A stretch of 64,000 nt of DNA. Origin: a candidate division FCPU426 bacterium. GTDB lineage: Bacteria; Oederibacteriota; Muellerivitia; Muellerivitales; Muellerivitaceae. The stretch lies in assembly GCA_963796105.1 (NCBI GenBank), contig CAWCKJ010000004.1:736001-800000 (forward strand). Reading direction: 5' to 3'. The notes under the pieces are model-generated. The model was not told where the DNA came from. It searched no databases and saw nothing but the letters and a program-made list of their open reading frames with translations. Below, in pieces: positions 1 through 9,067 of this stretch (the stretch's first letter is position 1; the number at the start of each line of letters is the position of its first letter). The position numbers and the translations under genes were made by a program.

Positions 1-2
1 CT

Positions 3-596
3 GGCACCACCGAGATTCTCCGTGAAAAAGTGAAAGGCCAGCCGGAATTAGCCCGCGAAGTCGCTGTTTTGATGGAACAAACAGGGAGATTGAAAAACTT
101 TATCAATGACATCTTGGATTATTCAAGGGAAATGCCGGTTAAGAAGGGAACAATTGATCCAAAGAGCCTCTTGGAAAGATCCCTGAAACTAGTCCAGGCC
201 CAGGCTGGCGAAACCCGGGAAGGGATCAAGATCGTATGGGGAATCGAAAAAGGACTTCCCAGGTTACAAGCGGATGGGGAACGCCTCGAGCAGGTTTTGG
301 TGAATGTCATCTGGAACGCGCTCCAGGCCATGGAAAATAAAGGAACCTTGGCCCTTTCGGCCTACGCCCAAAACAACTACCTTTTCTTCGAGGTGCGGGA
401 TACCGGCCCCGGCATCAACGAAACCCTTCTTCCCCACCTGTTTGAGCCTTTTTTCTCCACGAAAAAACATGGGACAGGATTGGGGTTGGCCATCAGCCAG
501 AAAATCATGGAAGCCCATGGGGGCCTTATCGCTCTCCAGCGCGCGACTCCCCATGGCACGCGCTGTATCCTCCAGCTTCCACTCCAAAAAATCTGA
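3..596 (+). CDS. Sensor histidine kinase, C-terminal HATPase_c part (5'-truncated by window edge)
   Basis: N box (LEQVLVNVIWNALQA), G1 (DTGPGI), F (LFEPFFSTK) and G2 (GTGLGLAIS) boxes; frame is open to the window start. Confidence 0.92.
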   Translation, partial: GTTEILREKVKGQPELAREVAVLMEQTGRLKNFINDILDYSREMPVKKGTIDPKSLLERSLKLVQAQAGETREGIKIVWGIEKGLPRLQADGERLEQVLVNVIWNALQAMENKGTLALSAYAQNNYLFFEVRDTGPGINETLLPHLFEPFFSTKKHGTGLGLAISQKIMEAHGGLIALQRATPHGTRCILQLPLQKI

Positions 597-716
597 ATCC
601 CGCGGCAATCAAGCCATAAAACACGATTGGACCCGCGGCTAACGCATTTTGGGACTTTTTCAAGAGGCTTTATATAATAGACCTTTGAAGTAAGATTCTT
701 CCCAAAGGCGGATGAC

Positions 717-2840
717 TTGTCTTCCACTACTGAAACGCCCACCCTCTCCCGGCTCAATCTGATTCTTCTACCCGTTTGGCTGATCCTGGCAAACTCCTTA
801 TTGGCATTTGCCCCACTTGACGCTAAAACCAGGGGAATTCTTATTCTTTTAGTTCTAGTGGTTCCCCTCCTGATTGTCCTCAGGATTCCAAAAAAGTTCG
901 CGAATATTCCGTCTCTCTCAAGGGAAGAATGGTTTTCCCCGACTCCCGCTTGGTGGATGTCCCTCCTTTTTTTCGCCGCGGTGGCGGTCCGCTTTTATCG
1001 TCTGACGTCCTTGACCAACTGGCCCCTGGAGGATGAGGCCCTGAACGGCCATTACGCGGTGGAACTGGCTGAACACGGCGTTTGGAAAATGACCTATGAT
1101 TTTTCCGGTATGCCTCCTTTTTATGTTTGGGGCCTCGGTTTGTTTTTCAAGGCCTTCGGCGTCTCTTTGACAACCCTTTGGCTTTTTCCCTCGCTTTTGT
1201 CCTGCTTTGGAATCCTTTTCGCCTGGCTGGGAGCCCGAAAGTTTTTCTCGCGGTCCTTTTCCCTTCTTTTCGCCTGCTTGATGGCCTTCAGTTTTTGGCC
1301 CCTTTACGCCGGAAGACTTTCCCTGGAGGGTGGATTGCTCCTCAATTGGGAATGCCTGGTCTTTTATCTTTGGGGAACTTTCGAAAAATCCCCGGTTCAA
1401 TACCGGGTCCGTTCGGCTTTAGTGCTTGGAATTGGCTCGGGGCTTGGTTTTTATACCTTTCCTTCCTGGGCGGTGGCGGCATTTCTCCTCACCCTGGTCC
1501 TTTTAAAGGAAACAATCTTTTCACCCCGCAGGGAATGGAAGACTTTTATTTATTTTTTCCTGCCCCAAGCCTTTTTTTTCCTCATCCTGACCCTCGCCAC
1601 TTTGCCCCAGAAAAGCGGCCATTACGCCAATGTCCTTCAAATCCCATGGGGGCCGGGATTCCCGGGTTTGAATGATTTTTTCACCCTCTTTTGGGGAAGC
1701 CGCCTCCCTTGGGACATCCTCGCTTACCGGCCTTTCTGGGGAGGATTCCTGAATCCGGTATTGGGAGGACTCTGTTTTTGGGGCGCAGCGTCTTACCTAA
1801 AACGAAGGGGTTTAAAGGCGGGCCTGATCGCGTTTATGGTTTTTTCCCTGTTGATGCTTCCGGGTTTTCTCACGGGGGGGCTGGACTCCCACCGGATCAT
1901 CCAGGTCCTTCCCTTCCTTTTAATTGCTTCGGCCTACGGCCTTTGCTCTCTCTTGGAAGCTTTTCCCAAATCCTCCAGGGCCTGGGTTGCCGCTGTAGTC
2001 ATATTCATTTCCGCTATCCTGGACTATCACCATCTTTTCTGCGTGATCGGGGATTATTGGAAACAGCCCCGCGGCTTATGGTTCGCATCCAAATCAGTGG
2101 AGCGCTGGCGCGCTTATGAAATCCTGAGGGATTTGAATCGAGAGGAAGGCCCCGGTTTCGTCCTGTCCGAACTGGTGCCGGACACCTTCGACCAGACCCT
2201 TTCGGTCATTGATTATCCTTTCAACGCCTGCGAGAACGATAAGATCATCCCAGGTTCCTGCCGGTGGGCGGCCCTGCTTGCCAACATTCATTACCAACCT
2301 TATCTCCAGGGTCAATTTCCCGAGGCGAAATGGTTCTGGCTCGCCTCCGACGTGGGGCGCCCCGACGGGGGAATCATGTTGGGCTTGATCCCCCTTCCCT
2401 CCTCCCATCCCGGAATGATCAACCGCTGGATCGCGGCCGACCGCCAGGTCCACGGCCTGGCAGGGGCGGTCTATGACAACCACGATTGGAAACCCCGCGC
2501 GCCGGTCATCGAGGCCCTGTTTCAACGGTTTGGGTATTTCAAGGATGATCCCTTCTTGGAATCATGCTTCTTTGAGAAAATCGCCGAAAATGACTACAAG
2601 GACCGCCTTTTTGGACCCCAGTTGGAAGCCATCCGGCAGGCGCTGGATCGCGGAATACCCGCGGCCCACCTCTTTAACGCATTAGGGTCCCTGTACCTGC
2701 GGCGGGGAAACTTGAGGGAAGCGCGGAATGCCTTTGAGAAAGCCCTGCGATGCAAACCCAACCACACCTCCGCTTCCGAGGGCCTCAAGTTGTTGGATCA
2801 AATGGAAAAGACAGGAAAACCCCCAATGGGGGTTTTGTAG
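717..2840 (+). CDS. GT-C (ArnT/PMT_2, GT39/83-like) membrane glycosyltransferase with C-terminal TPR
   Basis: Many TM helices; RFYRLT..WPLEDE loop with acidic DE pair; PPFYVW; C-terminal TPR (LFNALGSLYLRRGNLREARNAFEKAL); paralogue of 6299..8419 and 17698..19863. Confidence 0.82.
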   Translation: MSSTTETPTLSRLNLILLPVWLILANSLLAFAPLDAKTRGILILLVLVVPLLIVLRIPKKFANIPSLSREEWFSPTPAWWMSLLFFAAVAVRFYRLTSLTNWPLEDEALNGHYAVELAEHGVWKMTYDFSGMPPFYVWGLGLFFKAFGVSLTTLWLFPSLLSCFGILFAWLGARKFFSRSFSLLFACLMAFSFWPLYAGRLSLEGGLLLNWECLVFYLWGTFEKSPVQYRVRSALVLGIGSGLGFYTFPSWAVAAFLLTLVLLKETIFSPRREWKTFIYFFLPQAFFFLILTLATLPQKSGHYANVLQIPWGPGFPGLNDFFTLFWGSRLPWDILAYRPFWGGFLNPVLGGLCFWGAASYLKRRGLKAGLIAFMVFSLLMLPGFLTGGLDSHRIIQVLPFLLIASAYGLCSLLEAFPKSSRAWVAAVVIFISAILDYHHLFCVIGDYWKQPRGLWFASKSVERWRAYEILRDLNREEGPGFVLSELVPDTFDQTLSVIDYPFNACENDKIIPGSCRWAALLANIHYQPYLQGQFPEAKWFWLASDVGRPDGGIMLGLIPLPSSHPGMINRWIAADRQVHGLAGAVYDNHDWKPRAPVIEALFQRFGYFKDDPFLESCFFEKIAENDYKDRLFGPQLEAIRQALDRGIPAAHLFNALGSLYLRRGNLREARNAFEKALRCKPNHTSASEGLKLLDQMEKTGKPPMGVL

Positions 2841-2967
2841 CTTTGTCCTGTTCGCCGTTTCCTCGTTGAAATGCGTTTCATTTATCGGGAAATGAAATGC
2901 CCTTCCCTTTATTGGAGTTGTGAACTATTCCTCAAATTCCCTTGAAATTAAATATTTTTGTAAAACT

Positions 2968-3222
2968 GAAACCTCTGAAAAACTAAAATAAAGCGGCAAA
3001 CAGAGGTTTCGACCCCAAAGATTTCCGCAGGATTTGGTTTTGCGGGTACATAGGGGATTTTCCCTATGTACCGATTCTTCAATAAAAGCAGTTAAAGAAA
3101 TCGGTACAATACCGACCCCCCTAACAGTTTTATGGAGGGTCGGCATGAGCGCTTTCAAATCGGGGGTTACCTTCAATGGTTGCTGAAAAAGTTGGCGATA
3201 AGCCGACTTTTTCAGTGGTTAC
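2968..3222. repeat. Modular hairpin-array element, copy 1
   Basis: Consecutive inverted repeats (gaaacctctg/cagaggtttc, gtacataggg/ccctatgtac, gtaccgatt/aatcggtac, ccgaccc/gggtcgg, ctgaaaaagttggc/gccgactttttcag); near-identical to 5881..6243. Confidence 0.85.
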
Positions 3223-3343
3223 AAACTGTTAAAATGCCCGAAAAAATCCTGAAATTTAAGCTTTGTTTTATTATCATTCTTTTTTCTCCTATCGGCCCAG
3301 GCGCGGAAATCCGCTGAAAAATAATGAAGCCAGAGGTTCTTTC

Positions 3344-4816
3344 TTGAAACCAACACCCTTTCAACCAAGCGACATGCCATCGGAGATCACTTTTGTCTCC
3401 CTTCCAAAAGCCCTGGCTCAATTCCACCATTTGCCGGAGCATGTGCCGGTTTGGCTTCATAAATTGAAGGAAACCAAAAAACAAGGCTACGATTTTGATT
3501 CGGGCGCCGGGGCGATGGAAGACCTCTTGAGAACGGTGCCGAACGTGCCGGGAGCCTTTCTCTTCCGTCTCTTCGTGAGACGTTGGCCCAAACTCCGCGC
3601 TGTCAATCCCCTCTTGGAGGCCGACCGCGTCGCCGAGGCCATTCCGGGCCTCGTGGAGGCGTTGGACATTGATCCCGAGTGTCCCATTACCTGTTTCCAG
3701 CTGGGTTACTGCTTCCGGGCGACGGGTGAGTTGGAAAAATCCGAGTCCTTTTATAAGCAGGCCCTCCGCATGGCGCCTGACGCCGGCTGGATCTACAGCA
3801 ATTTGGGCCGGACCTACCTGGCCATGGCCGCCAGGGACAAAGCATTGGAGGCTTTCTGGAAGGCCCTGGAACTTCTTCCGGGGGACCAGTTTGTGTTGGA
3901 ACAACTTGTTCTCCTGGGGGAGCTTTATATCATTCCAAAGGGAACAACTGGAAATAGAAAAAGCCTCCAATACGTGCGCAAGGCCGATTACGAAAAGGAA
4001 AGAAGAAAAGCCCTCGAGGGTGAGAAAAGCCCGGAAGGCCTGGTGAAATTGGGATGGACCCTTTTAAGGGACCACCTTCCAGCGCTGGCTGGCCAAAGTT
4101 TCGAGAAGGCCCTCCAGGTGAAACCCGAGACTTCGGAAGCTTTCCTGGGCGCCGGCATCTCCCGCTTGGAGGAGGGCCGATACCGGGAAGCTGAGAAGTA
4201 CCTGCTGGAGTACCTGGATTTGGAGCCGGGTTCCGCCACCGCGCACCTTAATCTTTTCAAGGCTTATTTGGCGATGGAGGAGGCGGAGTTGGCCTGGGAG
4301 GAGATACAATCAGCGGCCATGCTGGATCCCGACCGGCTGGAGGTTTTGCGCCAGCTTTACTTCCTCTACGTGAAAGCTGATAGGGCGGAGGAAGGGTTGA
4401 AATGCCTGGAAACCCTCGAGCGGGAAAAACCCGCCAGCTACGGCCCCTCGTTGGTGAGGGCTCAGGCTCTCGCCGAGTTGGATCGTTGGGAGGAAGCTGA
4501 AAAATCCCTGAGGGAGGCCTTGACCCGGTCTCCCCGCAATGAGGAAATCCTTCTTTTTTACACTTCGGAACTGGGAAAACGGGGAAAGAGGGAGGACGTG
4601 ATCCGAATCATCCAGGGGGAACCCAAGCCTCATTCCCTGGGCCTGACGATCAACCTGGCGCTGGCATTAGGACAAAACGGCCGTTTTGCCGAGGGGAAGA
4701 AAGTCTTGGAGGAATTTCTCAAGCAATCTGGTCTTTCCCGCCAGGATCGAAAAGGGGCGGAGGAGATTCTCAGGGAATTCGAAAAAGGCGGAAAGAAGGA
4801 AAAAAAGGACTCCTGA
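3344..4816 (+). CDS. Tetratricopeptide-repeat protein (start uncertain: 3263/3344/3374)
   Basis: Multiple TPR units (FQLGYCFRATGELEKSESFYKQAL, YSNLGRTYLAM..KALEAFWKAL). Confidence 0.85.
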   Translation: MKPTPFQPSDMPSEITFVSLPKALAQFHHLPEHVPVWLHKLKETKKQGYDFDSGAGAMEDLLRTVPNVPGAFLFRLFVRRWPKLRAVNPLLEADRVAEAIPGLVEALDIDPECPITCFQLGYCFRATGELEKSESFYKQALRMAPDAGWIYSNLGRTYLAMAARDKALEAFWKALELLPGDQFVLEQLVLLGELYIIPKGTTGNRKSLQYVRKADYEKERRKALEGEKSPEGLVKLGWTLLRDHLPALAGQSFEKALQVKPETSEAFLGAGISRLEEGRYREAEKYLLEYLDLEPGSATAHLNLFKAYLAMEEAELAWEEIQSAAMLDPDRLEVLRQLYFLYVKADRAEEGLKCLETLEREKPASYGPSLVRAQALAELDRWEEAEKSLREALTRSPRNEEILLFYTSELGKRGKREDVIRIIQGEPKPHSLGLTINLALALGQNGRFAEGKKVLEEFLKQSGLSRQDRKGAEEILREFEKGGKKEKKDS

Positions 4817-4837
4817 TTTAAGGCCCCTCCGCCGGGA

Positions 4838-5038
4838 TTAATTCTTTTTAATCATCCAGGGATTTTTAAAATCAAAAGACTTTTTCCCGGAGCGGCTGAA
4901 AAGTCTTTTTTTCAAATCCCGGAAAAACTTGACCCCTTCAACATGATAATGAAACTTTCTAGCGTCATTCTTTCCAGGATGGGCCAAACGGCGCGCTTTC
5001 CTTTCCTGAAGGGGGATGGACGGTGCGTTTTTTTTCAT
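4838..5038 (-). CDS. Small basic hypothetical protein
   Basis: 66-aa ORF with AAGG SD-like sequence upstream, downstream of the PAP2 gene; no recognisable motif. Confidence 0.35.
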   Translation of the reverse strand: MKKNAPSIPLQERKARRLAHPGKNDARKFHYHVEGVKFFRDLKKRLFSRSGKKSFDFKNPWMIKKN

Positions 5039-5107
5039 GGATTTTCCTTACCTTAACTGTTCTGAGTGTTGGTGTAGTCGTTTTTTGAGATGGGTTTTAG
5101 AAGGTGT

Positions 5108-5653
5108 TTAAGAGATTACAGATGCCAGGCCCATGGCCATCCAAAGACCCGCCTGAGCCGTTAATAAACCTAGAACCATCCCGGCTAATACATCCGTCGG
5201 ATAATGAACCCCGAGATAGACCCGGGAAAACCCCACCATCGCCGCCCAAATAAACACGGGCAGGGCGAGGATGGGAAAAGCCGCGGAAACCAGGGCCGCC
5301 ATTAAAAATGCGGCGGCGGTATGCCCGGAGGGAAAGCTGAACTCATCCGGAGGGGCGATCAGGAATCGGTGACCTAGTTTCCGGAAAGGCCTGGGGCGCT
5401 TGATATTCTTTTTCACCAAATAATAAAGGGACAATTCCATGGCAAAAGCAATCACGGAGGCGAGAACATAAATTTTTCTTGTTGGATCAATCAAGACCCA
5501 GGCCAAGCTGATGAGGGCGAAGTACACCCCATCCGCGCTCCGGGACAAACCGTAAAAGAATTTTCTCCAGGATTTCCGCTCTATATCCCCGAATATCCTT
5601 TTGAATACCTTCAGGTCCCATTGGGTAACTTGTTGTAGGAGTATTTGTACCAT
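5108..5653 (-). CDS. PAP2-family phosphatase (undecaprenyl-PP phosphatase-like)
   Basis: KxxxKRPRP, SFPSGH and SRVYLGVHYPTD motifs; TM helices. Confidence 0.93.
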   Translation of the reverse strand: MVQILLQQVTQWDLKVFKRIFGDIERKSWRKFFYGLSRSADGVYFALISLAWVLIDPTRKIYVLASVIAFAMELSLYYLVKKNIKRPRPFRKLGHRFLIAPPDEFSFPSGHTAAAFLMAALVSAAFPILALPVFIWAAMVGFSRVYLGVHYPTDVLAGMVLGLLTAQAGLWMAMGLASVIS

Positions 5654-5880
5654 AAACCTTATCCTTTAATTTTGTTCAAATATATATTTTTGATGTTTCG
5701 CCCGTGTAAATCACTCGTTAGGAATATGAAACTTCACGTTGGGCGGTTTACCTTCAAAGGTATAAGCTGTTTCTGAACACCCATGGGTGGGATAGGCGTG
5801 TTTTCCTTGGCTTGAACGGATACAGTTTCCAGTTTGGGCGCGGGCAGGGGGGATAGCAAGACATCCGGAGAAATAAACCT

Positions 5881-6243
5881 GAAACCCCTGAAAAACTATC
5901 AAAAAGCGGCCAACAGAGGTTTCGACCCCATGCCGATTTCTATTGAAACCTAAAAGAGATCGGCATAGTCCTGAATTCCATCGCGTTAATACGCGATGGA
6001 GGACAAAGATTTCCGCAGGTTTTGGTTTTGCGGGTACATAGGGGCACTTCCCTATGAGTTCGTTGTACATATGGGATTTTCCCTATGTACCGATTCTTCA
6101 ATAAAAGCAGTTAAGGAAATCGGTACAATACCGACCCCCCCTAACAGTTTTATGGAGGGTCGGCATGAGCGCCTTCAAATCGGGGGTTTCCGAAAATTTT
6201 TTCTGAAAAAGGAGGCGATAGCCGGCTTTTTCAGAGGTTACAA
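5881..6243. repeat. Modular hairpin-array element, copy 2 (with extra hairpin modules)
   Basis: Colinear with 2968..3222, plus an inserted two-hairpin block (~5930..6004) and a duplicated gtacat..ccctatg hairpin. Confidence 0.85.
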
Positions 6244-6298
6244 TTTATTATTTTAGACATTTAAGGAAATCCGCCTAACCAAAATTAGGGACCACAAT

Positions 6299-8419
6299 CT
6301 ATTTACCGACCCCGCTTTTACCCGTTGGCTGGCTCAATTTATCTATCAACTCCAAGTTTTTAGAAGCCCATGTTTGATTCACTGGCGCTTGAAGCGCTGC
6401 TTTGAATTCTTGCTTAGCCCCTTTTAAGTCTCCTTGCCAAACTAACAAAAGCCCAATTTCGTTATAAATATGCGCCGCTGGATAGCCGGTTAAGGCCAAT
6501 CTTAAGGCTTTGAGTGCGGAGTCAAATCCTATAGAAGGATCCCTGAAAGTGTAAAAAGCGATTTTATTTCCCCATTCTGATATTAAAAATGGGTCTCCCA
6601 TCCATTGGTTCTCTGTACCCACAAAATGATTCACGATACTCCCCAAAGATTGGTGCGGTATGAGATCCATGTATTCATCATCTATCGCCGCAAAGGTGCG
6701 GTCCGCTTTCAGCCAAGCTTCTAGCGTGGTCCGGTTGGCCTGGTTAAAAGGGATCCATCCAAGCACCATTCCGCCATTTTCGTCGGGCAGGTCGGGACAC
6801 AGCCAGATCCAACGGGAGTTGGAAAATCGGCTTTCAAGGAATGGTTGGTAATTATGGTTAGTCAACACCGCCACTTCTTGCACATTTCTTGTTTCCGGGC
6901 CTGTTTTGTTTGCGTTATCCAGGGGGTAGGTCACCACTTCCAAGGTATGGTCGTTGTAAGTATTGTAAAAATGACTTAGAAACCAAAACTTCTTTCCCTT
7001 CTCGGCTTCGGAGGTTAATAGTTGATAAGCGCGATTAAATTCAATATACCTCCAATGATCCATATTCCGTGAGTAAACCGCCCAATCCTGGTAAGGTCCC
7101 AAAAAATGATAAGTGTCCAAACCAGCCGAAAGAAATAATATGATTCCGGTCGCTATCATGCAGTATTTTTTCTTGGCCTTCATGGAGACTATAAGGACTT
7201 GTGCCCCAAAGGCTGAAACTACAATCAAAAGGGGGAAAATTAAAGTGATCCGGTTTAATTCCAAATGGCTGGTCAACGCGCCAGGTATGAAAAAAAGAAT
7301 CCCGGCTAACAAGAACCATTGAACCAAACGTTTTATTTTCCATCGAGCGCACTCTACCACACCCACCCAAAACAAAGATCCCATGATGCTGTTCAAAAGT
7401 CCTCCCCAACGGGGACCATAAGGCGCGCTTCCAAATCCGTAGAAAAATATTGATATAAAATACTCATGCGCCTTATGCCAATCGAACAAATCCCGCACAT
7501 AAAGCATTCCGTTTTCGGACAACCTCTCTACCAGCATGGGAAATGCCACGCACAAAAGGATGAATAGGGTCAAAAGGGCAATTTTCCCGTTTTCCAATGA
7601 TATTGAACCTCTACGGAACAAGAGACTGACCAGGGCCGCCGCCACCATCATGACCCACGGGGTATATATGTATAAACCTATCCCAAGAACAATCCCTAAT
7701 GTAGCTGCGTTCAGCCATGGCCACCTTAGGGGACTTTTCAAGCAAGTTCCCAACGGGACCAACGCCAGGAACTGCCACAACATCATTAACTCAACCATAT
7801 GGCAACGCCTGGAACAGGCGAGGGACCAAAAATTAAAGGCCAGCAAAACCACAGCTAAAAAGGAAAAGGAACGTGAAAAAAATTGGCGGGAAGCCCAATA
7901 ACCCGTCAAGACCGTCAAGATGGAAACGAGAGCAGGAAAAACCCTTATCGATAAAAACGAAATATGAAACACCTTGAAATACAACGCTAATGTCCACACC
8001 AAGAAAGGTTCCACTTGTCCGTCGCCGAATAAAAGCCGGTTATCCCATTGATGGGCTAGTTTCATGGCGTAATAGGCAAACATTCCCTCATCGCCCACGG
8101 GCCAAAAAGGGATTTGAGTAAGTTTGTAAAATCGGGACAGGATCAAAAGGAAAACAAACAAAAGCCATACCGCGGGTGTCGGAAGAGGAAGAAATTCTTT
8201 TTCCCAAGGTAGCCCCTGGTCTCTATACATCGGGTTGGATTCCGCCTGGGACGAAAGAATTCCCCAAATCACCGGAACAGCTATACCCAATAAACCAAGC
8301 CACAAGTTCTCCGTCAGGCTTAAACGGTCATAGGAAACGAGGCTGATTGATATTAAAAGAACGAAAAACAGGACCCAAGGACGGTAAGGCATGCATTTGA
8401 TTATATTGTTTGCGTTCAT
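6299..8419 (-). CDS. GT-C (ArnT/PMT_2-like) membrane glycosyltransferase with C-terminal TPR
   Basis: RFYKLT..WPVGDE, PRWGGLLNSIMG, TPR (IYNEIGLLLVWQGDLKGAKQEFKAAL); paralogue of 717..2840. Confidence 0.82.
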   Translation of the reverse strand: MNANNIIKCMPYRPWVLFFVLLISISLVSYDRLSLTENLWLGLLGIAVPVIWGILSSQAESNPMYRDQGLPWEKEFLPLPTPAVWLLFVFLLILSRFYKLTQIPFWPVGDEGMFAYYAMKLAHQWDNRLLFGDGQVEPFLVWTLALYFKVFHISFLSIRVFPALVSILTVLTGYWASRQFFSRSFSFLAVVLLAFNFWSLACSRRCHMVELMMLWQFLALVPLGTCLKSPLRWPWLNAATLGIVLGIGLYIYTPWVMMVAAALVSLLFRRGSISLENGKIALLTLFILLCVAFPMLVERLSENGMLYVRDLFDWHKAHEYFISIFFYGFGSAPYGPRWGGLLNSIMGSLFWVGVVECARWKIKRLVQWFLLAGILFFIPGALTSHLELNRITLIFPLLIVVSAFGAQVLIVSMKAKKKYCMIATGIILFLSAGLDTYHFLGPYQDWAVYSRNMDHWRYIEFNRAYQLLTSEAEKGKKFWFLSHFYNTYNDHTLEVVTYPLDNANKTGPETRNVQEVAVLTNHNYQPFLESRFSNSRWIWLCPDLPDENGGMVLGWIPFNQANRTTLEAWLKADRTFAAIDDEYMDLIPHQSLGSIVNHFVGTENQWMGDPFLISEWGNKIAFYTFRDPSIGFDSALKALRLALTGYPAAHIYNEIGLLLVWQGDLKGAKQEFKAALQAPVNQTWASKNLELIDKLSQPTGKSGVGK

Positions 8420-8563
8420 CGGGCTTAATGCCTTTTAAATGTGTTTAGGTTTCAATTTCGTCTTCATGTACAGGTTAAATCCTTGGGAGAAATTGACATT
8501 AACAATGGTGTTTAGAAACACCCGCATTCAGCCGTTCCCATGGAAATTCACTTAACAGAATTT

Positions 8564-9058
8564 TTAAATATAACCTTTTACGGGACATGATAAAACCACC
8601 GACGTTTCAATCTGCCTTTCGGATATGGTCCAGTATTTTTTCAGAAGCTTATTTTTTTCCTCGGGAGTCACCAGTTTAAATCCCTGTTTTTCATAAAACC
8701 GGATGGCCCATTCAGCCGCGGCCCAGGTTCCCACCAAAGTCGGTCTATGGGTTTGTTGGAGAAGAAAGGACAATAGTTTTCCCCCGGTACCCTGGCGGCG
8801 CAAGGCCGTTTTAACATACGCGTGGCGGATCAAGGTTACGTCATGGACTTCCTGGATGCCCATGACACCGCCAATTTCCCCGTTTTCCTCATGAACCCAA
8901 AAGACGACCTTTTTGCCGATTTCACCTTGAAGATATTCCAGGGACATGTATGGCTCATGCCAGCAATCCTCCGGGATGATCCCTCGGTAGGCTTGTGCGC
9001 CGTCATTAATGACGGCAAGGCAGGTTTCAATTTCATCGGGTTGACAAGGCCTGATCAT
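8564..9058 (-). CDS. GNAT-family N-acetyltransferase
   Basis: Acetyl-CoA motif A (RRQGTGGKLL) and AIRFYEKQGF. Confidence 0.9.
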   Translation of the reverse strand: MIRPCQPDEIETCLAVINDGAQAYRGIIPEDCWHEPYMSLEYLQGEIGKKVVFWVHEENGEIGGVMGIQEVHDVTLIRHAYVKTALRRQGTGGKLLSFLLQQTHRPTLVGTWAAAEWAIRFYEKQGFKLVTPEEKNKLLKKYWTISERQIETSVVLSCPVKGYI

Positions 9059-9067
9059 CTTTCTCCC

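Noticed and set aside
2925..3317. Short ORFs over the hairpin element (also 5711..6070 and 5996..6256)
   Set aside because: The two element copies differ by frame-breaking indels, so conservation is at the nucleotide/structure level
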